Notes: a model not told the origin generated them from the letters alone. Shown: positions 49,101 through 63,150, counted from the stretch's first letter. The stretch: 64,000 nt of DNA from Folioceros fuciformis (GCA_049999805.1 JBNGIO010006162.1:103827-167826); one strand, 5' to 3'. A program made the numbers and translations.

Positions 49101-50164
49101 ATGCGGAAGCTCAAATTTCACGAGAAGAAGTTGCTCAAGAAGGTTAACTTTCTGGAATGGAAACACGAGCGGGTTGGCCATGAGCTCCGTGTCATGCGAA
49201 AGTACCATATCACTGGCCGAGATGACTACCTGAAGTGAGGTTCTCCACCGCTGTTGAATAGCCCTGAGCTTGCAGCCTAGCTAGGGTAGAGAATTTGTTG
49301 CTTCGGGTTCTTACAATACTGGATTTTGGTGCTGTCAGGTATAGTCGCCTGTGTGGAGCTGTGACCAAGCTTGTAAACTTCCTTAAGAAGCTGGATGCGG
49401 AGGATCCTTTCAGAGCTGAGCTGAGCCAGACCCTGCTGGAGAAGCTGTAGGTGCTTTGTGTTTCTTTCGTTGTTTTTCTTTGAAAAACCTGATGGAGTCC
49501 GGTTACTGGGATGGTGCATCTGGCAATCGCTGTTTTGGATGACGATTTGGTACTGGACTCTGCAGACATGCGATGGGCGTGATCAAAGATGCGAGCTCAC
49601 TGGAAAGCGTGGAGAAGCTTGCAGTTTCTGCTTTCTGCAGGTTAGCCGATGCGGTTCTGGCAGCTGTTAGCGTGACGTGCGTTTGGAATTTATGAGAACT
49701 CGTTTTTGGTGTTCCTGTGGCTCTTATCGTGTGTTGAATTTACAGGAGGAGATTGGCTGTTGTCCTCGTCCAGAAACACTTCGCTGAGACGATGAAGGAG
49801 GCTGTGACGTTCATCGAACAAGGCCGTATGTTTCTAGCCCTAATTCTTCACCTTCAGCTTCCCCACTCCATTGCAGTGCACAGGTTTTAGAGTGCTCATG
49901 TTTTGTGGTGGAGGCCGTTTTACTCCACGGATGTATAATGTTTTTAACTGCCGTAGAGGTTGTCTGGAGACCTTCCTAGTGTTCAGCACACTGAACCAAA
50001 CTTGCTGTGCAGATATTCGTGTCGCGACAGAAACTATCACGGACCCTGCATTTCTGGTGACCAGGAAAATGGAAGACTATGTGACCTGGGTGGATACGTC
50101 ATCCATTAGAAGGAAGGTTCTTGCTTATAATGAACGGCTCGACGACTACGACATTTTGCAGTGA
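49101..50164 (+). CDS. IMP3: U3 snoRNP protein IMP3 (S4 domain), 5 exons
   Basis: [21 protein letters not shown]...[13 protein letters not shown]...[45 protein letters not shown]...DDYD; this gene is mostly missed by the ORF track. Confidence 0.95.
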
Positions 50165-50521
50165 TGCTATTGCTGAAGGATGTGTTAGGCGATAATACTA
50201 GGCGGTAGTTGTCTTCGTCTTGAAGAAACATGTGTACATTATTGAGATAGGATTATTTCATCAGTGACCCACCCTTTGTTCTTTCATCAAATGAAACATC
50301 CTGCAAGGCAGGCTTTAAGGCCAGATGGAAGTGTTGTTCTGATCAGCAGTCACACACAAGTCATAATCAACAGTCCAGCAGTCCGGCTTTGGCAGATGTA
50401 TCCCGCTTCTAATTCAGCAACAGATATATGTGCTGAAACAACACAAACATTTCCGCCCCCTTGTTATCTTCGTGAAGAACAGCCCTAGGCTTTCGTCTGT
50501 AATTGCCTGAACAGGCTCAAC

Positions 50522-52278
50522 ATGTATAACATTCCACCGACCTGCAGCATCCCATCCATCACCGTCAGGGACTGCACGCCGTACGATTTGGGATTTGAGA
50601 TAGGGAAGAAGTTCTCGGATATGATCAAAAGCAGGTTAGCGAGAGATCCACACTTGCACTCGAAGTTGGTACCATTTGCAGGCACGCAGGAAGGACAAGA
50701 GCTTGTCAAGGCCCTTTCCACAACAAACAGGTTCTTCCCCCTACCAACTAAAGCCTGTCCAAGTGTCCACAGGTTCTGGTTGCTTTTCCTTCTTGGAGTT
50801 ACATATCAATCCATGAGGAAAAGGGGCAGCTAAGCAAGCCCGCTTGCTCCCTCTCGTTGCAGATCTGAATATCCCCGCTACTGGGATGAGCTGCAAGGCA
50901 CAGCACATGGATCTGGAGTTCCTTTTCTGGAGGTGAGGGCACGAAAATAAACCGTACTTCATCCTTCACTGGCACGTTTTTTACTGTTTGAATCATTGGT
51001 CACTGCAGCTCCTCCTGTTGAATCTTCGTAAGGAGATTGCCCCATTTCTTCCAGAGGCTCGTGTAAAGCTGGATGTTGCTGAAGCTGACCAGTGCTCTGA
51101 TGTCCTCGTGTGCGCCGACGATGGTGAAGTTGGCCAAGCCTTCATCGCTCACAACGAAGATGCCGACGCTTCTGTCAAAGATCATGCGTACAGTCATGCT
51201 CCTAAGCTTACATACTTGTTGGGCTCATCGAGGACATATCCTGCCTTAAACAGGTTTGATATTCTGTCAGGTATCTCGTCCAACATACTTATCGAGATGA
51301 CCTGACCTTCGTGGCTTACACCTACGCTGGGGAGCTTCCTAGTTGTGCTTTCGGCTTCAACACTACGGGTTTCGTATGCTTCCTACCAGTGTCCAGTGCT
51401 TGGAACATGCTCTCTATGATCGGATAGGGCAACTTCATCCAATACTGAATACCTCTTGCTGTAGGGATTCACTCTGAATGCCGTCCCTCTGGCTCCAGAA
51501 GAGGCCGTGGCAGGCGGCATCGGGCGCAATTTCATCTCCCGCGATTTGCTTGAAAGCCTTGACTTGGAAGATGCCCTCAGTGTAAGATAGTCTCTCGAAG
51601 GTCCGAAATTACTTATATATCTGTTTTCTATCTCACCATCTACCTCTTGTGCAAGTCATGTGTCCAGAGAATCAAGCACAAGGGCCTAGCCTCTGGCCAC
51701 AACTACAATTTGCTGCATCTTGGCCTGAGGAAGATCGTCACTGTGGAAACTGCATCGAAATCACGATTCTCGCAAAAAATAATTGGAGCAGAACCTTTCT
51801 TCCATGCCAACATGTACCTACACTTGCAGGTTCCACAGGTTTGTAATTTGAAACGAATTTAAGCACTTGCGAACGGGCTCCAAGAGTTTAACGTTCTGTC
51901 AAACGATGGAGTTTCCAGGTTGTTCATGAGAGCTCGGTTCATCGAGAGAAGCGGGCGCACCATCTGCAAAAGTCCCAGAAATGGGAGGCTTTAGACCTCT
52001 TGGGGGATGCATCTGACACCGACTTCCCGATATACATGCAAGGTCCAGCTCAACTTGTGTTCTTTTCATATCCATTTTCGTTGGCTCACATTGGGCTTAC
52101 GTTGTGACGAGTTGTTTCGACTCAAGTTTTCAAACCGCTTCTATCAGGGCCTCACTTGTGCACCCTGTGCACTGTTTTGTTCGACATCGACAATTTCACG
52201 ATGACAGTATACCGAGGGAATCCACGGGACAAGCAGCAGGACTTGGTCATCAGCATGCTCCCGTCAGAACATTCCTAG
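50522..52278 (+). CDS. Peptidase C45 / acyl-CoA:6-aminopenicillanate acyltransferase-like Ntn-hydrolase, multi-exon
   Basis: PYDLGFEIGKKF, YPRYWDELQGTAHGSGVP, DQCSDVLV (putative autocleavage Cys), IAHNEDA, YAGELPSCAFGFN, TLCTVLFDI...VYRGNP. Confidence 0.85.
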
Positions 52279-52931
52279 TCTCCTGCAGGCAGACCGAAAC
52301 GCAAGTTGTTGCATGGACAAGTGATTACATCTCCATTCTGTTACACAGATCCATTGCACAGATTCTAATAGAGCTAATGCACAGACGGGTGGATGGCAAC
52401 TCGATCTTGAACCACTCCGTAACAAGCGCCGCAATCTAAGCTTGCGCCTCCCTTGATGCCTGGATTTCAGCTTTCAAGATATCCGCCAGCCCATCAAACT
52501 CCGCACTCCAGGCCTCCGTCAGGTTGGTGCCGCTTAGTAGCCATCTGAATTGTGCAGATCAGTACTGATTTCAGCTGTACCCTGCGGAAATCTGCACAAT
52601 TCGCGTAGCGTATGTGTTCCTGATCGGACCGGACAAACCAGACGAGCCAAGGCCCAATAAGGTAACTCCCATCCTTGGCCTTCGGTGTGCTACGTTACTT
52701 CCCGCATTTCCTTTTCATTTTCCTTGGCCTTCGGTGATTTTAGCCTACAGCAAAGGCTATATAAGCTAGTCATTGATATCGATAATATTTAGAAGTGACT
52801 ATAAGTGCGAATTGTTCTGATCTAACATCCTTGAATTCCAGTGACTTTCCGCATTGTCAAGCTCGAGTTCTAGTCTTTGTACCCCAACTTCTGTGGAGGC
52901 TTGGTTCTAAGTTGTGAAGGTTTGAATCAGA

Positions 52932-53669
52932 ATGGAGGACGAGACAAAGGGTACACCAAACATAACAGTCATCAATGACTACGATGGCACTGAAACAATT
53001 GATTGTTCCATTTGCCTCAATGGCATCTTGAAACAATCAGATATCATCAAGATCAACAAATGTGGTCACATCTTTCACACATCATGTCTGGTGCCATGGA
53101 TATGTACAAATTGCACATGCCCCAACTGCAGGGGCAACGTGTTCAACTTCATCGAGGGATACCTGGAACTAGACCCCGACATGGGAATGGGTGAAATACT
53201 ATTGCAGCCACACCACATTTCATTTTACGACGGAGGTATTATCATCTCATTACAAAATGGCATGTTGATTGATGTTGATGGATTTCAACACATAACCAAT
53301 TTTGAAAATTCTCGAATACTATTTTTAAAAAATAAAACCATAGCTATGATAGTCGGAAATGAGATAGGTTATCTCAGAGATAATGTGGAGTTTGGAATCT
53401 ATGATGTTCCCATAAAATTTCATCAAGTAACACTTGAAGATGGTTCTAGGGTTATGCATGTCACAAGACAAGAAGATGGAAAGGTTTTGGGCTTCTTGGA
53501 GCATGGAAATCTTTACATAGAAGAGGAAGAAATTGGTGACTATGTACGGATTAGCAGATTGGAGCTGGTGAATCCTTTCCAAAATTGCCGACTGTTGATA
53601 GTACACGGTAAAATTAAAGGTCTATTGTTCCAGGACAAGGTACTTTACGTCAAAACTTTGGATAATTAA
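52932..53669 (+). CDS. Intronless AT-rich RING-H2 protein with a beta-rich C-terminal domain
   Basis: CSICLNGILKQSDIIKINKCGHIFHTSCLVPWICTNCTCPNCRG; closely parallels the RING of 1498-2970. Confidence 0.8.
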   Translation: MEDETKGTPNITVINDYDGTETIDCSICLNGILKQSDIIKINKCGHIFHTSCLVPWICTNCTCPNCRGNVFNFIEGYLELDPDMGMGEILLQPHHISFYDGGIIISLQNGMLIDVDGFQHITNFENSRILFLKNKTIAMIVGNEIGYLRDNVEFGIYDVPIKFHQVTLEDGSRVMHVTRQEDGKVLGFLEHGNLYIEEEEIGDYVRISRLELVNPFQNCRLLIVHGKIKGLLFQDKVLYVKTLDN

Positions 53670-53780
53670 TCATTAAATATATTTAATTGTAAACCAACTT
53701 TTTGAAGATGTGTGTCAAGGTCAAATTGGTACAGCCAGGATTGTCCATGGATGTGTTCGCTGGGTAGGAGTCTCTCGAGC

Positions 53781-54838
<1,058 letters not shown>

Positions 54839-55465
54839 CCACCAATCACCCACGTACTGCCGAGTCCCCTGATTTGAAGCGCATCCTGACTCGATTGAAA
54901 TCGAAACTCCCGTAGATCAGCTTGACAGGCTGGAGCTGGACATCGGCAAGCGGCAAACAATCTCTGTGCTAAGTGCAGCACCTACTGCATTTCCATACCG
55001 GTTCCACCTACGCTGTTGGGCAGCCTCGCTGCTGCGCTTGACAGTCGCTCCGCAGTGATTGCCATGCTTCCAATCTGCATACTCCCCACAAAATCGGTCC
55101 CAAAAGGTCCAAGCAGGCCGAAATATTCTCGAATCGCCTGAGAACGGCCAGCATCAGGTTTGGTGACCTTCTGACGAGATGAATTTCCTTGAATACTTCG
55201 AGCTTGGCCCTCGCCTCCTCCATAGGTCGCCGATAATGCTGTCTTCGGCATCTAGCTTTCGTCACCTTAAACTGTTCCAGCCGCGCTTATGAGTGAACGA
55301 TAGCAAAAGATCTAACGGCCGTCAGACTGCTGCTGATAAGATGTGCCTAGTTTGGCGACATCCCTCTGCAGCCTCCGCCACTGACGCTCTGTAGTCCGGA
55401 GCATAAAACACAGGAAGGAATCTGTGCGGAAAGCACTGGCATGCCGACAGACGATGAATTGTAAA

Positions 55466-55660
55466 CAATGGTGCCCTCCGGAGTCCACATCAGACAAACA
55501 CACAATGGTGCCTCCCGGGTCCACACCAGGAAGAGACACAATAGTGCCCTCCCGAGTCCACATCAGACAAACACACAATGGTGCCCTCCCGAGTTCACAC
55601 CAGGAAGAGACACAGTAGTGTCCTCCCGAGTCCACATCACACATCAGGCAAACACACAAA
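55466..55660. repeat. ~37-bp tandem repeat, about 5 copies, alternating two tail variants
   Basis: CAATGGTGCCCTCCCGAGTCCACA followed alternately by TCAGACAAACACA or CCAGGAAGAGACA; starts at 55466, 55503, 55539, 55576, 55613. Confidence 0.85.
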
Positions 55661-56251
55661 TGTTGCCGACCGGAGTCCCCATCCGTTTCCAAGACAGCCG
55701 CTTGTCCTCGTCTCACACCGAATAGGGGAGAGCGCCACGTTTATTTCCGGGGTACTTGTTCCGATCACTTCTCGCAGCGTCTGATGGACAAGGAGCACAT
55801 GCGACGTCAGAGAGAGCTTGCAAGCAACACTGCAGCTGAGAATTACACAGGCAAGGCACAGGCTGCAGGCCGCAGCTGTGGTGATGAACAGTGATGACAC
55901 ACAGATATTGCAGTTGGTGAGGTGGCTCTTGGGTCTTGCGTGCTGACAAGGGAAGGAGAACATACAAAACTTGCAGTTTGAATATGGCAACCTTTCGAGG
56001 TTGCTAATACGTCTGACGAGAGGAGTACACAGTATCCCGACACGGGGGCACATGTTAGCAATAATACGCAGAACAACATTGTCTTGTCCAGGACCAAAAC
56101 AAGGCCAACGTTCTTCCCTCCCCGAGAAGAAGAATGGCACTGCATTGATCCTCACAAGATCTCTAACCTACGCAAGAATAAAAGGTGAATGGTACAGAAA
56201 GACAGAACAGACAAGACACACAGCAGCAGCAGGAACGAATGTCACCACGGC

Positions 56252-57576
56252 CTACGCTTGCAAAACTTGGCAGTGCACAATGTGGCTCTTCAACCGGTTT
56301 CTTCCAGCAATGTTGGACCACAAGTTGGTAACAAACGTCTTGAAATGTCCCTTCCCCGCAATGGTCTCCCACAAGTGAGCCTTTTTGTTGGGATCCCCGG
56401 CGTTGGCCACGTCCACCAAAGTAATGCTCATGTTGTTGCGAATCACGCACAACTTTCCCCCAAGCGGCAACAATGCAGCAGCCTCCAATGCCCTAGAATT
56501 CCCCAAATGGATCTTACTGTCCACCGACTTGCTCCACGAGTCGCTCAGCCTGTCGTAAACCCTAAGCTTGCACCCGTCCCGGCAGTCCAGCGCATACAGC
56601 TGTCCGTTGAGTGACGCGCTCGGATTCCTCCACCCCGACACCATCCCGTCGATAATAGGCGACCAGTGGTTAGTGGCCGGCACATAAACCTCGCTCATCA
56701 CCTGCCGCTGCGACCCCAAACCCTTGAGAAACCATCTTCCACCATACACCACTCCAATAAACGGCACCATCGCCGTGCTCATGTCCGAGATAAAGCTCCA
56801 CTTGTACTTGTTCGGATCATACATCTCAGCCGAGCGGAGCGAGCGCTGGATCCCCTCGCACTCCCCGCCCGCCACATACAAGCAGTTGTTAATCACACAG
56901 CAGCCGAAGAAATGCCGCCGCCGCAACATGTCCGGAGCCCGATGCCATTTGTTCGTCGTAGCGCTGTAGTACACCACCTTCTTCATCGAGCCCTTAGACG
57001 GATCCTTCCCTCCAAAGAGATACAAATGGCACCCGCTCAGCACAGCGCACCCGAATCCCAGCGCCTCCTTGAAATCTTCCGGCACCTGCGGCAGCGGCTG
57101 CCACTGCTTGAAGATCGGGTCGTACGCATGCCACGAGATGCGGTTGTCTCGGTCCCGCTTGATAACATACACCCACTCCTCCGCCATCCCCAGGCTCCTC
57201 CGCAGCGCGAAGAAGAAATGCCCCGCAAGCAGCCGCTTCCATCGCTTGCACACCACCCGGAGCTTATTGTGGTAAACCCGGGGCACCCGGATGAGGCAGG
57301 CGATGGCNNNNNNNNNNNNNNNNNNNNNNNNNNNNNNNNNNNNNNNNNNNNNNNNNNNNNNNNNNNNNNNNNNNNNNNNNNNNNNNNNNNNNNNNNNNNN
57401 NNNNNNNTCCTTGGCTTGATCTCCGGCCTCACGCATCGGTTCCCTCCCGGCACGAACTTCCTCGCTCCCGCCACCGACAACCCCGCATCCACTCCCCCGC
57501 AGTAGCACGCTGCCGTCTCGACCTGCAGAGAGGACATGCACGCCATGCGGGTGGGGGATCTGGAAGCCGCGCGCAT
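56252..57576 (-). CDS. SAGL1: F-box/kelch-repeat protein (At1g55270/SAGL1-like), interrupted by a 100-N gap
   Basis: CYCGGVDAGLSVAGARKFVPGG before the gap; AIACLIRVPR...GCHLYLFGGKDP...NRLKSHIVHCQVLQA after it. The apparent frame change falls in the gap. Confidence 0.85.
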
Positions 57577-57996
57577 GAGCGTTACATCGGTCGAATGCCC
57601 GGCCCTCGCCTGCCGTCGCCGGCGTCCCCTTTCTGCCAGCCGCCGGGCTCCGGCTGACGCCCTACCGCATCAGCCAGGACAGCCCATCCCGCTCCCAGTG
57701 CGGTCGGTCGGTCATGTGACGAGACCCGCAGCTCCCGTCGTCTCTCTCGCCGCCTCTCTCTCTCTTGTTACCTCCCGCCTCCTTATCCTGTTTGTCTCGC
57801 ATTTTAGTAATCTACCTAGACTAGGCTGCGGAAGCGCAGCCTCAAGCGAACTGAAGTCCAAACAAGGGTCTCGCGCGTAAACACTGGGCTCGGACCCTCA
57901 CCCGAGTTCCCAGCGCCAAACGGGAGAGGAGACGCGAATTCCGATGCTCGAATCGGGAGCTGCGAATTCTTCGTGAGTCCGGAATTGCGATTCGCG

Positions 57997-59858
57997 ATGG
58001 AGCTCCTGCCTCCCAAGACTCGAGCTAATCACGTGCCGCTCACACCGATCTCCTTCCTGGAGAGGACGGCGCTTGTGCATCCGGATCGGCTTGCCGTTGT
58101 CTATGGAGGTCGGAGATTTACCTGGCTCGAGACGGCTCGGAGGTGCCGGCTTTTGGCTTCGGCGCTGCTGGGGCACTCCGTGCAAACGGGAGACACTGTG
58201 AGCATGTGTTGTCGCGATTTTTTTGTTTTTGCGGTAGGAGGGGATGGACTGAGTTGTTTGATGCAACGGCTTCGATGATGGTGATGGCTAGGTTGCCGTG
58301 GTGGCACCGAATGTGCCAGCGGCGTATGAGGCTCAGTTTGGGGTTCCCATGGCGGGGGCCGTGCTGAATGCGATAAACATTCGGCTGGATGCACGGACGA
58401 TCGGGTTTTTTCTGGTGCATGCGGATGTGAGGGTTGTGGTGGTGGATGTGGAGTTCTTTCCTTTGGTGGAGGAGGCGTTAGGGTTTTCCAGGGAGACGGG
58501 GAAGTACCGGGCGCCGTTGCTGGTTGTGGTGGAGGATGAGGAGGGCTATAGGGATAACGATGGAAGGCTGAGGCGAGCGTTGGGAGCCGGAGCTGTGGAG
58601 TATGAGGAGTTTCTTAGGAGAGGGGACGCAGGGTTTTGGTGGCAAGGGGTGGAAGATGAGTGGGAGAGTATATCGTTGTGCTATACTTCTGGCACTACGT
58701 CCAGTCCCAAGGGAGTAGTGACCAGCCACAGAGGCGGGTACTTGGCGTCCTTGAGCAACATTCTGGACTGGGGGGTGCATCAACATGCTGTTTACCTCTG
58801 GACTCTGCCGCTATTCCACTGCAATGGCTGGTGCTATGCCTGGGTTGTTGCAGCAGTTGTAGGGACGAACGTCTGTCTGCGACAGGTACGAGGGTGTCTT
58901 GGGTTTCGTTCTCTGAGACATGGTTGGACGAGGTGGTTGAATTTTTTGTCTGCCTCAGGTCACAGCCAAGGGAATCTTCTCTGCCATAGCCGAGCACGGG
59001 GTGACACATTTTTGTGCAGCGCCAGTGGTGCTCAACACGATCATCAATTCGGCTCCTCATGAGAGGCAGAGGATCAGGCCAGGGGTGGAGGTCATGACTG
59101 CAGGTGCAGCACCACCGGCACATGTTCTTGCCAAGATGGAGGAGGAGGGATTCAAGGTTACCCACACCTACGGGCTCAGCGAGACCTACGGACCCTGCAC
59201 CGTGTGTGCCTGGAAGTCCGAGTGGGACTCCTTTTCTCTGGAAGACCGAGCTCGGCTCAAAGCCCGGCAGGGTGTGCGGTACACCCTACAGGAGGGTCTG
59301 GACGTGGTGAATCCAGACACCATGAACCCAGTTCCTGCGGATGGGAATGCTGTGGGCGAGATCGTGATAAGAGGAAACCTTGTTATGAAGGGGTACTTGA
59401 AGAACCCAGCAGCTAACGAGAAATCCTTCAGAGGCGGGTGGTACCATACTGGAGACTTGGCTGTAAAGCATCCAGATGGCTACGTTGAGATAAAGGATCG
59501 GTCCAAGGATATCATCATCTCTGGAGGAGAGAACATCAGTAGCTTGGAGGTGGAGAGTGCGCTCTACAGACACCCAGCGGTGCTAGAAGCTTCTGTCGTC
59601 GCCAGGCCCGACGATCAATGGGGTGAGTCCCCTTGCGCATTTATCACGCCCAAGGAAGGCTTTCAAGGTGGAGACAAGCTTGCCAACGACATCATAGCAT
59701 TCGCACGGACCCAGCTCCCACGATACACGGTCCCGCGAACTGTCGTGTTCGGCCAACTTCCGAAGACTGCTACAGGAAAGATACAAAAACACGTTCTCCG
59801 AGACAAGGCGAAGGCCCTAGGTCCAGTGCCTAGACAGGTGTTGGACAGCAAACTCTAA
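57997..59858 (+). CDS. AAE7: Peroxisomal acyl-activating enzyme (acetate/butyrate-CoA ligase, AAE7/ACN1-like), 3 exons
   Basis: ANHVPLTPISFLER, AMP-binding YTSGTTSSPKGV, YLWTLPLFHCNGW, TYGLSETYGP, HTGDLAV, PKTATGKIQK; C-terminal PTS1 SKL. Confidence 0.92.
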
Positions 59859-60129
59859 GACTCTGGCTGTTCTTGGGGGCTGTATTTATACGGTCTCGCA
59901 AGTCCATTGTGGGTGACACGGCCACTTGGATCTGGCGTTAACCGAACTTTCTCTCATGCTATTTATTTTGTGTATATGTACGTCTAGTCTGGTAAAACTG
60001 AAACAGATATTTAGGAATAGGAGGCTGTATTGAGGAGGAAAGAGATAGAAAAACATCAACCCAGCCACGGGCCAGCGACAATGGAACATGCCAACGATCA
60101 CACAAATCAAAAACTATCAGCTGTATAGA

Positions 60130-63100
60130 GAACGGTTGTGAAACCTAAGTTTAAAGAATCTCCAAGGACCTACCATGTCACTACTATCAAAGAATCTACA
60201 TGGCCCTACCTTCTTTTGTTGTCCAAGAACTTTTGTAGTCCAAGAATCTATATGTGTCTACCTATCGTTGTTGGAGTAGAAGAATTTGCATTGCATGGGC
60301 GCATCTATTGCATGTGTGGTGTCCAAGAATCTACATGGGTCTATCTATCACTAAAGTAGAAGAATTTGTATTGCATGGGAGTATCTATTGTAAGTATGGT
60401 GTTGAAGAATCTACATGGTCTTTCTTTCTATTACTATTGTCGAAGGGCCTACCTATTATTAATGTTGAAGAAGGTGCAACAACTCCAGTGCTTGTTGTCA
60501 TCTTATGTATTGCCTTGGTATAGCTTCAACACTTGACATAGTGTACATTGCCTTGGTAGAATCCTTCTTAAAAGGATGGAACCCCTCTAGTACAATAATG
60601 TAAGAAAGGGGAAGGCCAAACCTTTTCTTAGGTCTATGATCTACTTTAGCAGAGGCCTTAACAAATATGGAGGAATCCTTCCCATGGCTACAAAAGTTTG
60701 ATTGATAAGAGGGATGAGGTTGTGCTTGTGTTACATAGGAGAGCATTTATGGACAATAGTCAATGCACACCCCTTTACCACCCAACTTGGAATGTTTGTG
60801 ACTCCTTAATAAGCCTTGAAAAGCCATTGCTCATGGGCGCATAGGTCTCAAGAGCTTGAAGATGGATGAAAACATGGTCATCTTCTTGGATGAAAACATG
60901 GTCGTCTCAGGAGAGTACTTATGGATCTTGCTTGTTGTACATACCTCCTAGCCCAATTTAAAGGGTTGCATTATCGCCCAACTAAGAGGGTTGATGATAA
61001 TGTGTTTGCAAATGCAATTCTTGGTGGGATCTTGATGATGTCAAGCATGACTATGTGCTGTCTTTTGGATGCATGCAAATATTGAGTGATACTAATATAG
61101 CATTAGAGGTAATTAATAATTATTTAGTAGATTATTAGAAAACATAATATAATATAAAGTCAACTAGATAAACACACAACTAGATGTTCTAGTTGTGTGG
61201 ATGTGGCTGCAACAGGTTTGAGGTAGCAGGCATAAAAGCCTAGCTCAACGGTGTTTGCTGCAGCTATAAGCTTGTATTCTCTTGCATTTGGGGAATAAGC
61301 TTTCTCTTGAGGGAGCATTCTCTTGTTGGAAATCCAGTGTGCGTGTGCGTAGTGTGCAACATCATGTGACCCGATCAAGGATTTGAGAAGCCAAGTTACA
61401 GCTCTGAGAAGTGTGGATGTAAGTGAAAGATATTTTTTGGTGTCTGAAGGAAACAAACGCTTCACTCTTATAGAGCTGCAGCACCATCATACAATGTTTA
61501 ATTTGTGTGTAATGTGGTGTGGTGTGAGTATTGTTGACTAGTGAACCATGCATGAGTGCGATGTTTAGTAGCACAACACAACAATGACCATATCATCAAC
61601 ACAAATATAATTTCCCTTAGTGATGGTAACACCTTATTGTGCAACGAACATGAGTTTCAAGCCATTGAGAACATTACATCACAAACAAAGTCGAAAGTCA
61701 TCAATGGTAACCCCAGAACTATATATATAGAGAGAGAAAAGCCAAGGGATGGATCAATCCATAACCAAATCTTTTGCAAGTAAAAAAGTTCTTATGCAAT
61801 TCAATATGCTTGAATGCATGGCCAAGCTAGAAAGCCAAAGGGTGACCTTTTCTAATAAGATTAAATGTGAGCCCAAGACGACTTGTGGATGGATGAGTCT
61901 AAGAGAAGAGACCTTTGCGCTTGCGTGTTCTACTTTTTTTGAAAAGAGGCTTCAAGATCTTGCATCCCTTCCCCATAGCAAGAGAAAGAAAAGGGGCATG
62001 GCTTCTCGAGCCTCCATAAGTAAGAAGTCCCTAGTAGCTTATCTCATAGACAATTACAAAAGGATATGTCCCCTCCTCAACACATAAGATGAAAGCATTA
62101 AGAAAAGGGGCAGGAGATCCTACAGTAAATTTTGAGGAGCATAAACAGTGTATCATCCGATTGTTGAAATTCATCAAACTTGTGAAGAAGGCTGGAGAAG
62201 GAGCAACTGTCGTAGTGAAGTAATTGGTTAATGTGTAAAGTGTGAAGAACGAAGACTAAATGCCATTTAAAGACCTCCACTTTATATGAGGTCCTTTATG
62301 TGAGCCTAGTCTTCTTCCAATGCTGCACTCACAAACCTTTTCATAACATTAGGAGGTCTAATTAGAACTCTCTAGACCCATAATCCTTGTCAGGAAGTGA
62401 TGTCATCCCTCCTCGCCTCCCCCCATAAATATTGAAGAGAGGGCATGAGAGGGACCAAACTTTGCACTTAACAAACTTGATCAAAGATTGAAGGCTGCCT
62501 TCACCTTATCCCCCTGCTTGAGAATATGAGTATCATTGGCTACAAATGGCAAAAGACACTCCTAAAGTGAAATATAGAGGTAGTGTAGTAGAAAGTTAGA
62601 TTTACTTTATTACCTATTAACTAGGGTTATTTCTCCTTGTCACAAGTACATAATTTCCCTAAACCAAGATATCATGGTCCAAAAGGACGAAGAGTTTGCC
62701 GCCTATAAGTTGCAATTACATCCAATTGATGTTACACTAAACACAAGCAGCCCCTCCCTACAAGCTTAGAACAATTGCTCGGTATGAATCTCACTTAGAC
62801 TCAAATTGCAATCCGGTCCAAAAATTCACATAATGGTTCACAAAATACAAGTGACTCCTTCATATGACAAAAATAATTGCTTAAATTGAACCTCATGTTG
62901 TGAAATGCCAACATGTGTACAAATGAATGGTCAATGTTATCACTTACCTACCCTTATGTCCAAAAGATGGAGATGGAACGTAGCGTCTTGGGTAACAGTT
63001 GAAGGTGGGTGATGTTGTATCTCCGGTAAGCTATAATAAGGCTCTATAGTATTATGGACTATGACATTCTATGTGCAATAGGAAGCCCTAATTAATGGGG

Positions 63101-63150
63101 AGTCTTAGAGGAGGTAGGTTTTCTATTTCCTTTCCAAAATAAAGACTAAA
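60130..63150. mobile_element. AT-rich, CpG-poor block of probable degenerate transposon-derived DNA
   Basis: Abrupt compositional shift, recurrent AAGAATCTACATGG-like direct repeats (60155-60420) and a decayed ORF at 61749-62250. No intact transposase recognised. Confidence 0.35.

Noticed and set aside
54982-55420. Short minus-strand ORFs between the globin and the 37-bp repeat
   Set aside because: No family similarity and no consistent splice model.
57308-57407. Apparent frameshift in the F-box/kelch gene
   Set aside because: It falls in a 100-N placeholder gap of unknown true length.
61749-62250. Possible pogo/CENP-B-like HTH transposase remnant
   Set aside because: Only a vague resemblance; no DDE domain or terminal inverted repeats identifiable.
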